Shown here: positions 29,646-41,026 of the stretch, piece after piece
Position numbering within the stretch: position 1 is the stretch's first letter
Layout of the letters: each line of letters starts with the position of its first letter
Assembly (NCBI GenBank): GCA_965369655.1
Contig: CBDUQR010000024.1
Location: 1-43,884 of the forward strand
From: an uncultured bacterium
GTDB lineage: Bacteria; Zixibacteria; MSB-5A5; JAABVY01; JAHJOQ01
Length of the DNA stretch: 43,884 nt
Direction of reading: 5' to 3'
The notes under the pieces: generated by a model
The model's database searches: none
Seen by the model: only the letters and a program-made list of their open reading frames with translations
What the model was told of the DNA's origin: nothing
Translations under genes and position numbers: made by a program

Positions 29646-32600
29646 GTGTTTTCTTCGATCAACTCCATCTCCTCAGTACCCGTTACTTCCGGTACAGGCT
29701 TCGGCTCAACCAATTCAACCGACCTGTAGAGATCGAGACCTGTTCCTGCTGGAATGAGATGGCCAATAATCACGTTCTCTTTCAGACCCTTCAGGTAATC
29801 TGTCCTGCCGTGGATCGCAGCCTCTGTCAGTACCTTGGTCGTTTCCTGGAACGATGCGGCGGAGATGAAACTGTCGGTCGACAGCGAGGCCTTCGTGATT
29901 CCGAGGAGAAGCGGCTGGAACGTTGCGGCTTCTCCGCCCTCGGCGATCACACGATCGTTTTCATCTTTGAATCTATGCTTGTCAATCTGCTCGCCTTCGA
30001 GGAAGTTGGTGTCTCCAACTGTCTCGACTCGCACTTTCTGCAACATCTGGCGAACAATGACTTCGATATGCTTATCGTTGATCTTCACGCCCTGCAGCCT
30101 GTAAACCTCCTGGACTTCATTCACCAGGTACTCCTGAACCGCGTTGGAACCCAGAATACTCAGTATGTCGTGCGGGTCGATAGCGCCCTCACACAGCTTC
30201 TCGCCGGCATGAACAAAATCGCCTTCGTGCACACGCATATGCTTGCCGTGCGGGATAAGATACTCCCTGCGCTCGCCCTCTTCGCCGGTCACCAACACCT
30301 GCTGGTTCCCACGAACGATTTTGCCGAACTCCATTGTGCCGTCGATCTCTGAGATAACCGCGAGATCGCGCGGCTTTCTCGCTTCGAACAACTCTGCTAC
30401 TCGTGGCAGGCCACCGGTAATGTCCTTTGTCTTGCCGATCTCGCGCGGTATCTTCACGAGTTGATCACCCTTGAATACCTTATCGCCATCCTTGACCATG
30501 AGTTGCGCTCCGGTCGGAATCGAATAGGTGGCCAGTTTTCTCCCGTCCTTATTGAGAATGTCCATCGCAGGCATCAGCTTCTTGTCCCGCTCCTCGATAA
30601 TCACCCATTTCCTGAAACCGGATTTCTCGTCGAGTTCCTCGCGGACCGAGGAATCTTCGACGATGTCTTTGAAAACGACAACGCCGGATCTCTCGGTGAG
30701 GATAGTATTGCTGTATGGATCCCACTCGAACACCGTATCGTTTTTCTCCACCGTATCACCGTCTTTGACACTCATAGCGGCGGCATACGGAATTTTGTAA
30801 CGCGACCTGGTCCTGTCCTTGTCGTCGATAATCAGAAGTTCAGCTTCGCGATTCACGACTACAGAGCTACCATCTTTTCGATTAATGGTCTTTGCGTTCG
30901 CGATTTTGACTATACCCTCGTATTTGGCTTCAACCTTCGACTGCTCGGCAATTCTCGCCGCAGTGCCACCGATGTGGAATGTCCTGAGTGTAAGCTGCGT
31001 GCCGGGCTCACCGATTGACTGCGCCGCGATCACGCCCACAGCCTCTCCAAGATGTACGGGATTACGAGTCGCCAGATCCCTGCCGTAGCAGTTACTGCAC
31101 ACGCCCCGTCTTGTCTCACACGTAAGCACCGACCTGATGCTCACGCTGTCGATGCCGGAATCTTCGATCCGAGCCGCGGCCTCTTCGTCGATTTCCTCTC
31201 CCGCCTCAACAATGGTCTCGTCGGTGATCGAATCGAAAACATCTTCTAAAGCAACGCGGCCGACAATTCTATCGGACAAGGCCTCGATTATCTCTTCTCC
31301 CTCTTTCAGGGCGGTCATTGTAATTCCGAGGATCGTGCTACAGTCCTTCTCGGTGATGATCACGTCCTGAGCAACATCCACCAGTCGGCGTGTAAGGTAG
31401 CCTGCGTCGGCAGTCTTGAGAGCCGTGTCTGCAAGACCCTTTCTGGCGCCGTGCGTCGAGATGAAATACTCGAGAACGTTCAAGCCTTCTCTGAAATTCG
31501 ATATGATCGGGGATTCGATGATCTCACCGACCTGACCGGTCATCCGCTTCTGTGGCTTGGCCATCAGTCCACGCATTCCGGCAAGCTGTCTGATCTGCTC
31601 TTTCGATGAACGCGCACCGGAGTCAGCCATCATGTAGACCGGATTGAAACCGTAGTCCTGTTTAGACATTTCCTCAAACATCGCTTCGGCAACATCCGAG
31701 GTGGTGCGAGTCCAGATGTCAACGACCTTGTTGTACCGCTCGCCGTTTGTGATAACGCCCTTCTCGTAGAGCTTCTGAATCCCCTTGACTTCCTTCTCCG
31801 CTGCAGAAACGAGAGCGTCTTTTTCTTTCGGGATCAGAAGATCATCGATGCCGACCGTGAACCCCGCAAGCGTTGCATACTCGAAACCGAAATCCTTGAG
31901 CTTGTCGAGAAAATCGGCGATTCGATCTGTTCCGAGAGCGATGTAGGCCTGGAGCACCAACTCCTCCAGCCTCTTTCTGGAGGCCGTCTCGTTGAAGAAC
32001 GGCAGTTCATCAGGTACGATAGTATTGAACAAGATGCGTCCCATGGTTGTCTCGACACGCTCACCGTTTATCCGCACGGTAACCATAGCGTGTAAATCAA
32101 CCTGATCTGCCGCATGCACGCATAAAGCCTCTTCACATGACGAAAAGATCGCACCGTTACCCTTTGCGTCCGGCCTCGGCTTCGTCAGGTAATGTATCCC
32201 AAGGACTATATCCTGCGACGGCGTAGCCACCGGTCTGCCGCTCGACGGCAGCAGGATGTTATTCGTAGAGAGCATCAGCAACTTCGCTTCGAGTTGGGCT
32301 TCGAACGACAGCGGAACATAGGCCGCCATCTGGTCACCGTCAAAATCAGCGTTGAATGCAGCGCAGACGAGCGGATGGAGTCTGATGGCTTTGCCTTCGA
32401 TCAACACCGGGTAGAACGCCTGGATGCCGAGACGATGGAGTGTGGGTGCACGGTTGAGCAGGATGGGATGATCGGCGATGATCTCTTCAAGAATATCCCA
32501 TACTTCCGGCCGCTCGTGTTCCACAAGCCGCTTCGCGGATTTCACCGTCTGTACGTAGCCCTTCTCCTCGAGCTTCATTATGATAAACGGCTTGAACAGT

Positions 32601-33715
32601 TCCAGTGCCATGTTTTTCGGCAGCCCGCACTGGTGCAGCTTCAGTTCCGGACCGACCACGATGACCGAGCGCCCGGAATAATCGACACGCTTTCCGAGAA
32701 GATTCTGGCGGAATCTCCCCTGCTTCCCCTTCAACAGATCTGAGAGGGATTTCAGAGGGCGCTTCGAATCACCACGGACCGAATGCGTACGTCTTCCGTT
32801 GTCGAACAGAGCGTCAACCGATTCCTGAAGCATCCTTTTTTCGTTTCGCAGAATAACTTCAGGCGCCTTAATATCAAGAAGCTTCTTCAGCCTGTTGTTG
32901 CGATTTATGACCCGCCTGTACAGGTCGTTGAGATCGGATGTCGCGAACCTGCCGCCCTCAAGCGGAACAAGCGGGCGCAGATCCGGAGGAATCACCGGTA
33001 TTAAATCAAATATCATCCACTCCGGCTTGTTGTTCGACTGCCTGAATGCCTCGACGACCCTCAGCCGTTTCAGGATGTCTTTCTTCCTCTGTGCGGATGT
33101 CTCCACCTTGACCCGTGCACGCAGATCGATCGACACTTCCTCGACGTCGATCTTCCTGAGAAGCTCGCGTACAGCTTCGGCGCCCATGCGCGCGTCGAAC
33201 TCCTTACCGGCTTCGACAAGCTCCCGGTATTCCTCCTCGGCGATAATGTCTTTCTCTTTATAAGAGGTGTTGCCGGGATCGATCATCAAGTAAGCTTCGT
33301 AGTACAATACTCTCTCGAGCTGGCGCACGGTCAGGTCGAGCAGATAGCCAATCCTGGTTGGGAGTGACTTGAAATACCAGATGTGAGAAACCGGGACGGC
33401 GAGCTTGATATGCCCCATCCTCTCCCTGCGGACTCGCGAGTTAGTCACCTCGACGCCGCAACGGTCACACACAATGCCCCGGAACCGAACGCGCTTGTAT
33501 TTACCGCAAGAGCATTCAAAATCCTTGACCGGACCGAAGATTCTCTCGCAGAAAAGACCATCGCGTTCAGGCTTGAAAGTCCTGTAGTTGATTGTTTCCG
33601 GCTTGGTCACCTCTCCGTGAGACCAGGATTCGATGACTTCCGGCGAAGCAAGCTGAATCCGGATAGCCGAAAAATCTGACGGTCGCATTATCTGCCGCGG
33701 AATGAAATCGACCAT
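29642..33715 (-). CDS. rpoC: RNA polymerase beta' subunit
   Basis: N-terminal Zn finger (C-S-C...CDRC), [34 protein letters not shown]. Confidence 0.99.
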   Translation of the reverse strand: MVDFIPRQIMRPSDFSAIRIQLASPEVIESWSHGEVTKPETINYRTFKPERDGLFCERIFGPVKDFECSCGKYKRVRFRGIVCDRCGVEVTNSRVRRERMGHIKLAVPVSHIWYFKSLPTRIGYLLDLTVRQLERVLYYEAYLMIDPGNTSYKEKDIIAEEEYRELVEAGKEFDARMGAEAVRELLRKIDVEEVSIDLRARVKVETSAQRKKDILKRLRVVEAFRQSNNKPEWMIFDLIPVIPPDLRPLVPLEGGRFATSDLNDLYRRVINRNNRLKKLLDIKAPEVILRNEKRMLQESVDALFDNGRRTHSVRGDSKRPLKSLSDLLKGKQGRFRQNLLGKRVDYSGRSVIVVGPELKLHQCGLPKNMALELFKPFIIMKLEEKGYVQTVKSAKRLVEHERPEVWDILEEIIADHPILLNRAPTLHRLGIQAFYPVLIEGKAIRLHPLVCAAFNADFDGDQMAAYVPLSFEAQLEAKLLMLSTNNILLPSSGRPVATPSQDIVLGIHYLTKPRPDAKGNGAIFSSCEEALCVHAADQVDLHAMVTVRINGERVETTMGRILFNTIVPDELPFFNETASRKRLEELVLQAYIALGTDRIADFLDKLKDFGFEYATLAGFTVGIDDLLIPKEKDALVSAAEKEVKGIQKLYEKGVITNGERYNKVVDIWTRTTSDVAEAMFEEMSKQDYGFNPVYMMADSGARSSKEQIRQLAGMRGLMAKPQKRMTGQVGEIIESPIISNFREGLNVLEYFISTHGARKGLADTALKTADAGYLTRRLVDVAQDVIITEKDCSTILGITMTALKEGEEIIEALSDRIVGRVALEDVFDSITDETIVEAGEEIDEEAAARIEDSGIDSVSIRSVLTCETRRGVCSNCYGRDLATRNPVHLGEAVGVIAAQSIGEPGTQLTLRTFHIGGTAARIAEQSKVEAKYEGIVKIANAKTINRKDGSSVVVNREAELLIIDDKDRTRSRYKIPYAAAMSVKDGDTVEKNDTVFEWDPYSNTILTERSGVVVFKDIVEDSSVREELDEKSGFRKWVIIEERDKKLMPAMDILNKDGRKLATYSIPTGAQLMVKDGDKVFKGDQLVKIPREIGKTKDITGGLPRVAELFEARKPRDLAVISEIDGTMEFGKIVRGNQQVLVTGEEGERREYLIPHGKHMRVHEGDFVHAGEKLCEGAIDPHDILSILGSNAVQEYLVNEVQEVYRLQGVKINDKHIEVIVRQMLQKVRVETVGDTNFLEGEQIDKHRFKDENDRVIAEGGEAATFQPLLLGITKASLSTDSFISAASFQETTKVLTEAAIHGRTDYLKGLKENVIIGHLIPAGTGLDLYRSVELVEPKPVPEVTGTEEMELIEENT

Positions 33716-33770
33716 TTAAGAACACTCCTTAGATATTGAGTGCGCCTGCAACCTGACCCAGTCAGGCACG

Positions 33771-36700
33771 TCAGTTCTCTATCAAGTCAACATCCAGCCC
33801 AAGCGACTGGAGCTCTTTGACCAACACATTGAATGATTCAGGAACACCCGGCTCCGGCGGGTTTTCTCCCTTAACGATCGCCTCGTAAACTTTCGAACGG
33901 CCCAGGACATCGTCGGATTTCACCGTGAGCATCTCCTGGAGAGCGTAGGCAGCACCGTACGCTTCCATCGCCCAGACCTCCATCTCTCCAAATCTCTGTC
34001 CGCCAAATTGAGCCTTGCCACCGAGCGGCTGCTGCGTGACCAGAGAGTACGGCCCTATCGAGCGAGCGTGGATTTTGTCGTCGACAAGATGCGAGAGCTT
34101 CATCATGTACATTGCGCCGACCGTGACCTCGTTATCGAACGGCTTGCCAGTCTCGCCATCGATCAGCATGGTCTTCCCGCTCTCGGGCAGTCCGGCTTCT
34201 CTGAGTTCCTGACGAATCTCATCGAGTGCCGCGCCATCAAAAACAGGTGTGGCAATATGTTTGTTGAGCTTCTTGACAGCCCATCCGAGATGTGTTTCGA
34301 GTATCTGACCGACATTCATTCGAGACGGCACGCCAAGCGGGTTCAGAATAATATCCACCGGTCGGCCATCAGGCATATACGGCATATCCTCGACAGGCAG
34401 AATCTTCGCTAAAACGCCCTTGTTGCCATGCCTGCCGGCCATCTTGTCACCTACGGACAGCTTACGACGGATTGCGACTTTGACTTTCACGAGCTGTTTA
34501 ACTCCAGGAGGCAGTTCAGCGCCGCGAACGACTTTGTCAATCTCATTCTCCATCTGTTCGCGCTTCCGAGTGATCAGTCTCTCGGCCTCTTCGAGAACAG
34601 CATTGACTTTCTTGTTGACCCTGCTCTCCTGACACCAATCGTCTTCGGCGACTGCGAACTCGAGATCAATCTCATCGAGAGAGTCTTCTCGATATGTGTG
34701 CCCTGTCCGTATCAGCACGGAACCGTCGTCCACACGGCGAACCGTATTTGATGTATAGCCGGTCAGCAGCTCCGAAACCTTCTTGTTGCGAAGCTTACCA
34801 ATCTCATTGATCATCGCCGTATAAGTTCTCTTAAGTCTTGCGATCTCAGATTTTTCTGTCTTTTTCGCTTCCTCCGTGCGCTCCTTGCGCGTGTAAACTC
34901 TGGTATCAATAACGATCCCCTGCAGTCCGGGCGGAGCCTTGAGCGAAGCATCGCGAACGTCACCGGCCTTCTCGCCGAAGATCGCTCGCAGCAATCTTTC
35001 TTCAGGTGAGAGTTCGGTCTCGCCCTTCGGTGTCACCTTGCCGACGAGAACATCCCCTGCCTCGATTTCGGTGCCGACCACCACGATTCCACACTCGTCC
35101 AAATGCCGCAATGCCTCTTCGGAGACATTCGGAATCTCACGGGTAACTTCTTCGGAACCGCGCTTCGTGTCTCGCACCTGAAGTTCGAATTCCTCGATGT
35201 GAATCGATGAAAAGATGTCGTTGTGTATCAGTCTCTCGGATACGATTATCGCATCCTCGAAGTTGTATCCTCGCCATGGCATGAAGGCCACGAAGGCATT
35301 GAATCCGAGCGCAAGTTCTCCACCGCGTGTAGCCGGACCGTCAGCTATCACAGCACCGGCTTCGACTTCATCGCCAATTTCCACTATCGGCTTGTAACTG
35401 ATACAAGTATTCTGGTTGGACCGTTTATATTTGATGAGGTTGTAGTGATCTTCCTCGACGAAGCCAAGACCGAGATCTGTACCGCGCTTTTTCGGTTTGA
35501 TCCTGATTGTATCAGAATCGACATACGTAACCTGGCCGGCATTCCGGGCAAGCACAGATGCACCGGAATCGCGAGCGACGCGCTCCTCCATCCCAGTGCC
35601 AACAAGTGGAGGCTCGGTCTTGAGCAACGGCACAGCCTGTCTCTGCATGTTCGAGCCCATCAGCGCGCGGTTGGCGTCGTCATGCTCGAGAAACGGTATA
35701 AGTGCGGCGGCAACTGAGACGACCTGCTTCGGGGAAACGTCCATGAACTCGATCTTCTCCGGAGCCACAACAGGGTAATCACTCTTGAAGCGAGCGGTGA
35801 TGAGTTGGTTGACGAACTGGCCCTTCTCATCGAGCGGCTCGTTAGCCTGCGCAATAACACATTTATCTTCCTGGTCGGCTGAGAGATAGACTATTTTGTT
35901 GGTCGCCTTCCCTCGGACAACTTTCCTGTAGGGAGTCTCGAGAAAACCGTACCTGTTGATTCGTGCAAAGGTAGCCAGAGAAGCTATCAGCCCTATATTG
36001 GGCCCTTCAGGCGTCTCAATCGGACAGACTCGACCGTAGTGAGTATGATGAACATCTCGCACCTCAAATCCAGCGCGCTCACGCGTGAGCCCGCCGGGAC
36101 CCAGCGCCGAAAGCCTTCTCTTGTGCGTCAATTCCGACAGCGGGTTCGTCTGGTCCATAAACTGCGAAAGCTGTGACGAACCAAAGAAAGTGTCGACAAC
36201 GGCCGAAACGGTGCGCGCATTCACCAGATCGTGAGGAGCGATGTTTTCGGCGTCTTTAAGACTCATCCGCTCACGGATAGTCCTCGCGACACGGGAAAGG
36301 CCGACCGAAAACAAGTTCGAGAGCAACTCGCCGATGGATCGCGCACGGCGATTGCCGAGATGGTCGATATCGTCGATGTAGCCCTCACCGTTTTTCAATC
36401 TCGCGAGATAATCGATGATGGCCAGGAAATCCTTGATATCCAGAGTGGTTTTGTCAAGCGGCAGGTCGAGCCCGAGACGCTGGTTGATCATAAACCTGCC
36501 GACCTCCCCAAGATCATAACGCTTCTCAGAGAAGAACATCTTCTCGACCAGTCCCTGCGCCACCTCAGCAGTCGGTGGTTCGCCGGGTCTGATCTGGGAG
36601 TAGAGTTTTATCAGGGCTTCATCAGTCGATGTCGTCGGATCCTTGCGGAATGTATTTGCGATGACCCTGACTTCCCTCGCGCTCTCTACCTTGATGAGCT

Positions 36701-37541
36701 TGACCGACTTCAACTTCAACTCTTTGAAGCGTTCTGCCACCTGCTCGGTGATCTCGTCGCCCGCAAGCAGCACAATCTCGCCAGTCTCGGTGTCGATGAC
36801 GTTATCGGCTACAAACCGTCCGATGGCCTTTTCGAGTTTCTTGCCTGTCAGGCTGTACTTCTCGGTATCATAGAACTGCTCCAGAATATCGCCGTTGGAC
36901 GAAAACCCGAGTGCCCTCAGAAGCATCGTAACCGGTACTTTCTTCCGCGAGTCAATATGCACGTACATCATGTCGTTGATATCGATTGTAAACTCGACCC
37001 AGGAACCGCGGAAAGGAATAATGCGCGCGGAGAATATCTTCTTTCCATTCGGATGAATATCATCATCGAAGAAAACGCCCGGAGAGCGATGGAGCTGCGA
37101 CACTATCACCCTCTCTGCGCCATTGATGATGAAAGTGCCCTGATCGGTGAGAAGCGGAAGTTCTCCGAGAAACACATCCTGCTCGATAATGTCTCTGACT
37201 TCTTTGCTCTTGTCTTCCTGCTCCCTTGCGATCAGACGGAGAGTCGCCTTCAGTGGAGCCGCATGCGTCATGTTGCGGTCCTGGCATTCCCTTACGGAAT
37301 ACCGCGGAGTCCCGACGCTGTACTTGACGAATTCGAGTGAGAAATTCTCACGGATGTCGCTGATCGGAAATATCTCCTTGAACACCTGCTGCAGTCCCTG
37401 TTTCATGCGTTTCTCCGGCTGAACATCCAATTGAAGGAAATCATCAAATGATTTCAACTGAACGTCGAGCAGGTTGGGCATTTCAGCAGGCGACCGCAAC
37501 TTGGCATAAGAATGCCTCTTCACCTGGGTTACCTTAGCCAA
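33771..37541 (-). CDS. rpoB: RNA polymerase beta subunit
   Basis: [41 protein letters not shown] start with GAGGAGG RBS. Confidence 0.99.
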   Translation of the reverse strand: MAKVTQVKRHSYAKLRSPAEMPNLLDVQLKSFDDFLQLDVQPEKRMKQGLQQVFKEIFPISDIRENFSLEFVKYSVGTPRYSVRECQDRNMTHAAPLKATLRLIAREQEDKSKEVRDIIEQDVFLGELPLLTDQGTFIINGAERVIVSQLHRSPGVFFDDDIHPNGKKIFSARIIPFRGSWVEFTIDINDMMYVHIDSRKKVPVTMLLRALGFSSNGDILEQFYDTEKYSLTGKKLEKAIGRFVADNVIDTETGEIVLLAGDEITEQVAERFKELKLKSVKLIKVESAREVRVIANTFRKDPTTSTDEALIKLYSQIRPGEPPTAEVAQGLVEKMFFSEKRYDLGEVGRFMINQRLGLDLPLDKTTLDIKDFLAIIDYLARLKNGEGYIDDIDHLGNRRARSIGELLSNLFSVGLSRVARTIRERMSLKDAENIAPHDLVNARTVSAVVDTFFGSSQLSQFMDQTNPLSELTHKRRLSALGPGGLTRERAGFEVRDVHHTHYGRVCPIETPEGPNIGLIASLATFARINRYGFLETPYRKVVRGKATNKIVYLSADQEDKCVIAQANEPLDEKGQFVNQLITARFKSDYPVVAPEKIEFMDVSPKQVVSVAAALIPFLEHDDANRALMGSNMQRQAVPLLKTEPPLVGTGMEERVARDSGASVLARNAGQVTYVDSDTIRIKPKKRGTDLGLGFVEEDHYNLIKYKRSNQNTCISYKPIVEIGDEVEAGAVIADGPATRGGELALGFNAFVAFMPWRGYNFEDAIIVSERLIHNDIFSSIHIEEFELQVRDTKRGSEEVTREIPNVSEEALRHLDECGIVVVGTEIEAGDVLVGKVTPKGETELSPEERLLRAIFGEKAGDVRDASLKAPPGLQGIVIDTRVYTRKERTEEAKKTEKSEIARLKRTYTAMINEIGKLRNKKVSELLTGYTSNTVRRVDDGSVLIRTGHTYREDSLDEIDLEFAVAEDDWCQESRVNKKVNAVLEEAERLITRKREQMENEIDKVVRGAELPPGVKQLVKVKVAIRRKLSVGDKMAGRHGNKGVLAKILPVEDMPYMPDGRPVDIILNPLGVPSRMNVGQILETHLGWAVKKLNKHIATPVFDGAALDEIRQELREAGLPESGKTMLIDGETGKPFDNEVTVGAMYMMKLSHLVDDKIHARSIGPYSLVTQQPLGGKAQFGGQRFGEMEVWAMEAYGAAYALQEMLTVKSDDVLGRSKVYEAIVKGENPPEPGVPESFNVLVKELQSLGLDVDLIEN

Positions 37542-37808
37542 TACTGTTACCCTCCTCGCTAGGGTATCAGGTCAATGAATATCTCTCCCTCTTATCGAAG
37601 AACATGGAGGGACTCGACAACATCCTGACACTCACCACCATAATGTGAGCTTACACGAAATAGTTCCGGCGGCAGATAAACTGCCAACCCTGCAACCGGA
37701 ATGAATGTAGTCGTGGGAATACTGCTTTCTCCCGCGACTGTTGAGCTACCTGTCACTACTTTGTCAAACTCTAACGGGAAGTCCCGGATTATTTCACCCG
37801 GAACTCGC

Positions 37809-38189
37809 CTACTTGATTTCAATCTGAGCGCCAACTTCTTCAAGCTTAGCCTTGGCGGCTTCAGCTTCTTCCTTGCTGACGCCTTCCTTGACCGGACCAG
37901 GAGCGCCATCCACGACTCCCTTGGCTTCCTTGAGCCCCAAACTCGTGAGTTCGCGCACAACCTTGATTACCTGGATCTTCTTGTCGCCGATTGCAGTCAG
38001 CACGACATCGAACTCGGTCTGCTCTTCGGCCGCCTCATCAGCGGAACCAGCGGCAGGTCCAGCGGCAGCAACAGGCATAGCAGCGGAAACACCAAACTTG
38101 TCCTGAAGCTGCTTCGAAAGATCAGCTAACTCCAGCACTGTCATCTTTTCGATCAGATCGATAACCTGACCAACCGATTCTTCTGCCAC
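37809..38189 (-). CDS. rplL: 50S ribosomal protein L7/L12
   Basis: [26 protein letters not shown] start. Confidence 0.98.
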   Translation of the reverse strand: MAEESVGQVIDLIEKMTVLELADLSKQLQDKFGVSAAMPVAAAGPAAGSADEAAEEQTEFDVVLTAIGDKKIQVIKVVRELTSLGLKEAKGVVDGAPGPVKEGVSKEEAEAAKAKLEEVGAQIEIK

Positions 38190-38295
38190 AATATTTCTCC
38201 TTGACGTTCTGTTTCAACTTCAGATTGCCGGGAGTACCTCCGGGCAACGCCCGCTCCCTATTCGTCTATGTTGAACTTAAAAGCAGCTCTCTTTC

Positions 38296-38826
38296 TCAGT
38301 TCTTTTCCGCAGCGATCGCGTCGACAGTCATGATAAACTCCCGAATGATCCCATCGAGCGTACCGACAAGCGAAGACAGCGGCGATGTAACCACGCCGAC
38401 CACCCTTGCAAGCAATTCATCCCTGCCGGGAAGCTTGGCGAGTCGCTCAAGCTGATCCTTGTCGTAGAACACGCCATCAACGATACCCGCTTTGAACACA
38501 GGTTTCCCGAGCTTCCTGGTACTCTTCGCAAACTCGAACAGAGCCTTGGCTCCCACAGACGGATCACCCGAAGTAAACGCAACGGCGGTAGGACCATTCC
38601 AATAGTCAGCGAGTTGCTCCAGCCCGTCGCCCGAGGAGTCGGCAGCGATTTTCAAGAGAGTATTCTTCGCTATCAGGTATTTGACTTCTTTCTCCCTGAG
38701 AGACTTGCGAAGTTTGTTCATCTGTTCTACGGTAAGTCCGGCATAATCCGAGAGAAGTACCGCATTCGCCGAATCCATGTATTCCTTGAACCTGGCGACC
38801 AGTTCTATCTTTTCCGGTTTTGGCAT
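38296..38826 (-). CDS. rplJ: 50S ribosomal protein L10
   Basis: DYAGLTV, KNTL, GPTAVAF, LAKLP. Confidence 0.96.
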   Translation of the reverse strand: MPKPEKIELVARFKEYMDSANAVLLSDYAGLTVEQMNKLRKSLREKEVKYLIAKNTLLKIAADSSGDGLEQLADYWNGPTAVAFTSGDPSVGAKALFEFAKSTRKLGKPVFKAGIVDGVFYDKDQLERLAKLPGRDELLARVVGVVTSPLSSLVGTLDGIIREFIMTVDAIAAEKN

Positions 38827-38864
38827 TTCCTGAGCTCCTCAAAGCATGCACTGAGATGATCTGA

Positions 38865-39569
38865 TTACTGTCTCAGCTTCGTAAGAAGATCCTGCGTATC
38901 GAGTTTTATTCCCACTCCCATACTGGAAGTGATCGATGCGTTGCGGAGATACAACCCTTTCGACGAGGAAGGTTTCATCCTCATCACAACATCGAGAAAC
39001 GAAAGAGCATTCTCCGAAAGCTTATCATTATCGAATGACACCTTGCCGATAGGAACCGCAATATTGCCGGTCCGATCGACACGGAATGCGATCTTGCCTT
39101 TCTTGATTTCCTTCACAGCCTTTGCCACATCCGGCGTCACAGTGCCGGATTTAGGATTCGGCATCATCCCCTTCGGTCCGAGAAGCTTACCGATCTTCCC
39201 GACCACCGACATGGCGTCAGGAGAGGCGACGATCACATCGCAGTCGAGCCAGCCTTCTTTGATCTTCTCGATCATATCCTCCAGACCGACATGGTCAGCT
39301 CCCGCGTCTCTTGCTTCCTGCACTTTCTCGCCTTTGGTAAGAACCAGAACTTTTACCTCTTTGCCGGTTCCGTGAGGAAGCGTGACCGTACCGCGAATCA
39401 TCTGATCGGCTTTCTTCGGATCAACTCCCAGCTTGACGACGAATTCGACGGTCTCGTCAAACTTCGCAAAAGAATTATCCTTGACCATCTGAACTGCATC
39501 TCCAACTACGAATGCAGTCTTGCGGTCAACCTTGTCCTTTATTGCACTGTATTTCTTGCCATGCTTCAT
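38865..39569 (-). CDS. rplA: 50S ribosomal protein L1
   Basis: KFDETVE, LPHGTGK, LGPKGMMPNPKSGTV; start moved to ATG 39569. Confidence 0.98.
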   Translation of the reverse strand: MKHGKKYSAIKDKVDRKTAFVVGDAVQMVKDNSFAKFDETVEFVVKLGVDPKKADQMIRGTVTLPHGTGKEVKVLVLTKGEKVQEARDAGADHVGLEDMIEKIKEGWLDCDVIVASPDAMSVVGKIGKLLGPKGMMPNPKSGTVTPDVAKAVKEIKKGKIAFRVDRTGNIAVPIGKVSFDNDKLSENALSFLDVVMRMKPSSSKGLYLRNASITSSMGVGIKLDTQDLLTKLRQ

Positions 39570-39590
39570 CTTATCCAAACCTCTCAGATG

Positions 39591-40016
39591 CTATTCAGCT
39601 ACCTCGATACCCATACTCCGCGCCGTTCCTGCGATCATCTTCATGGCGCCTTCAACATCCGCTGCGTTGAGATCAACCATCTTCAACTCAGCGATTTCCT
39701 TTATCTGATTCATGGTCACACTGCCGATCTTGTTTCGATTAGGCTCGCCGGATGCCTTCTCCAGCTTTGCAGCCTTCTTCAAGAGCACCGCAGCCGGAGG
39801 AGTCTTGGTTATGAACGAGAAACTCTTGTCAGCATAGACCGTAATGACCACAGGAATAATCATGCCAGCCTGCTTCTCGGTCCTGGCATTGAAAGCTTTG
39901 CAGAACTCCATAATATTGACACCGTGCTGACCGAGCGCCGGGCCGATAGGCGGCGCCGGGTTTGCATTGCCGGCGGGAATCTGAAGCTTGATGTATCCAC
40001 TTACCTTCTTAGCCAT
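39591..40016 (-). CDS. rplK: 50S ribosomal protein L11
   Basis: [25 protein letters not shown]. Confidence 0.98.
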   Translation of the reverse strand: MAKKVSGYIKLQIPAGNANPAPPIGPALGQHGVNIMEFCKAFNARTEKQAGMIIPVVITVYADKSFSFITKTPPAAVLLKKAAKLEKASGEPNRNKIGSVTMNQIKEIAELKMVDLNAADVEGAMKMIAGTARSMGIEVAE

Positions 40017-40025
40017 TCTGCACTC

Positions 40026-40562
40026 CTATGAAACGCTTTCAACCTGAAGGAAATCGAGCTCTACCGGCGTGGGGCGACCGAAGATAGAAACCATCACCTT
40101 CACCTTCTTGCGCTCCATATTTACCTCTGACACGAATCCTGAAAAATCGGAAAACGGGCCGTCTATCACTTTTACCGCATCGCCGGATCTGAATGGGAAG
40201 TCGGTGATCTCCTCGACCCGCCCATCATCCATCTGGCCCATAACACGATCAACTTCTTCCTGAGTCACGGGAACAGGCTTACCTGCAGTGCCAACAAAAC
40301 TGGTAACTCCAGGCGTATTCCTGACGATATGTTCAGTCTGCTTGTCGAGTTCCATCTCGATCAGCATGTAGCTCGGCAGAAACTTCTTGGTGGATGTTGA
40401 GCGTTTGCCATGCTTCATCTCAGTGACCTCTTCAGTCGGGATCAGTATCTGACCGATCTTGTCTTCGAGAGCATACTGCGCTATCGAAGATTCGAGATGA
40501 CGCTTCGCCTTCTGCTCATGCCCGGAATATGTATGCACTACATACCACTTCAGGTCAGCCAT
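40026..40562 (-). CDS. nusG: Transcription termination/antitermination factor NusG
   Basis: WYVVHTYSGHE, TPGVTSFVG, KOW motif GDAVKVIDGPF, IFGRPTPVEL; alternative GTG start 40571. Confidence 0.98.
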   Translation of the reverse strand: MADLKWYVVHTYSGHEQKAKRHLESSIAQYALEDKIGQILIPTEEVTEMKHGKRSTSTKKFLPSYMLIEMELDKQTEHIVRNTPGVTSFVGTAGKPVPVTQEEVDRVMGQMDDGRVEEITDFPFRSGDAVKVIDGPFSDFSGFVSEVNMERKKVKVMVSIFGRPTPVELDFLQVESVS

Positions 40563-40580
40563 CTGCAGCACCTATCGTTC

Positions 40581-40766
40581 TCAGCTCAATACCAGAGTGA
40601 TCAGGGCGTTCAGCGCCTGATCGACTATGAAAATGAACACCGCCATGACGAGCGATACGAAAATGGTCACAATCGTCGAGCCGACAATCTCATCCTTGCT
40701 CGGCCACGTGACTTTCTTGAGCTCACTCACGGTCTCTTTTACGTACTTTACAATTTTATCTTTCAT
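40581..40766 (-). CDS. secE: Preprotein translocase SecE (single TM form)
   Basis: ELKKVTWP followed by one TM helix; between tRNA-Trp and nusG. Confidence 0.96.
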   Translation of the reverse strand: MKDKIVKYVKETVSELKKVTWPSKDEIVGSTIVTIFVSLVMAVFIFIVDQALNALITLVLS

Positions 40767-40783
40767 CTCGCCTGTCTCATAAG

Positions 40784-40856
40784 CAGGTCTGGAGGGACTC
40801 GAACCCCCAGCCCCCGGTTTTGGAGACCGGTGCTCTACCAGTTGAGCTACAGACCT
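40784..40856 (-). tRNA. tRNA-Trp (CCA)
   Basis: AGGTCTG...CAGACCT acceptor stem, anticodon loop CT-CCA-AA, GGTTCGAG T-loop; 3' CCA not encoded. Confidence 0.97.
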
Positions 40857-40867
40857 GTCAAGTTAGT

Positions 40868-41020
40868 CTACCGTGTCTCCTTGTGCATGGTGTGCTTGTT
40901 GCAGAAACGACAGTACTTCTTGTAGCTCACCCGGTCCGGGTGCGTTCGTTTGTTCTTGTTCGTAGTATAGTTCCTGCGCTTGCACTCACCGCATGCAAGG
41001 ATAACTAAGTCCCTTGGCAT
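40868..41020 (-). CDS. rpmG: 50S ribosomal protein L33 (Cys/Zn form; not in ORF track)
   Basis: Hand translation [50 protein letters not shown], 50 aa. Confidence 0.97.
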   Translation of the reverse strand: MPRDLVILACGECKRRNYTTNKNKRTHPDRVSYKKYCRFCNKHTMHKETR

Positions 41021-41026
41021 TTATCG

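Noticed and set aside
29199-37541. Resistance alleles or inteins in rpsL, rpoB and rpoC
   Set aside because: S12 PKKPNS and KDLPG and the RpoB rifampicin cluster I read as wild type; lengths leave no room for inteins and no splice motifs were seen
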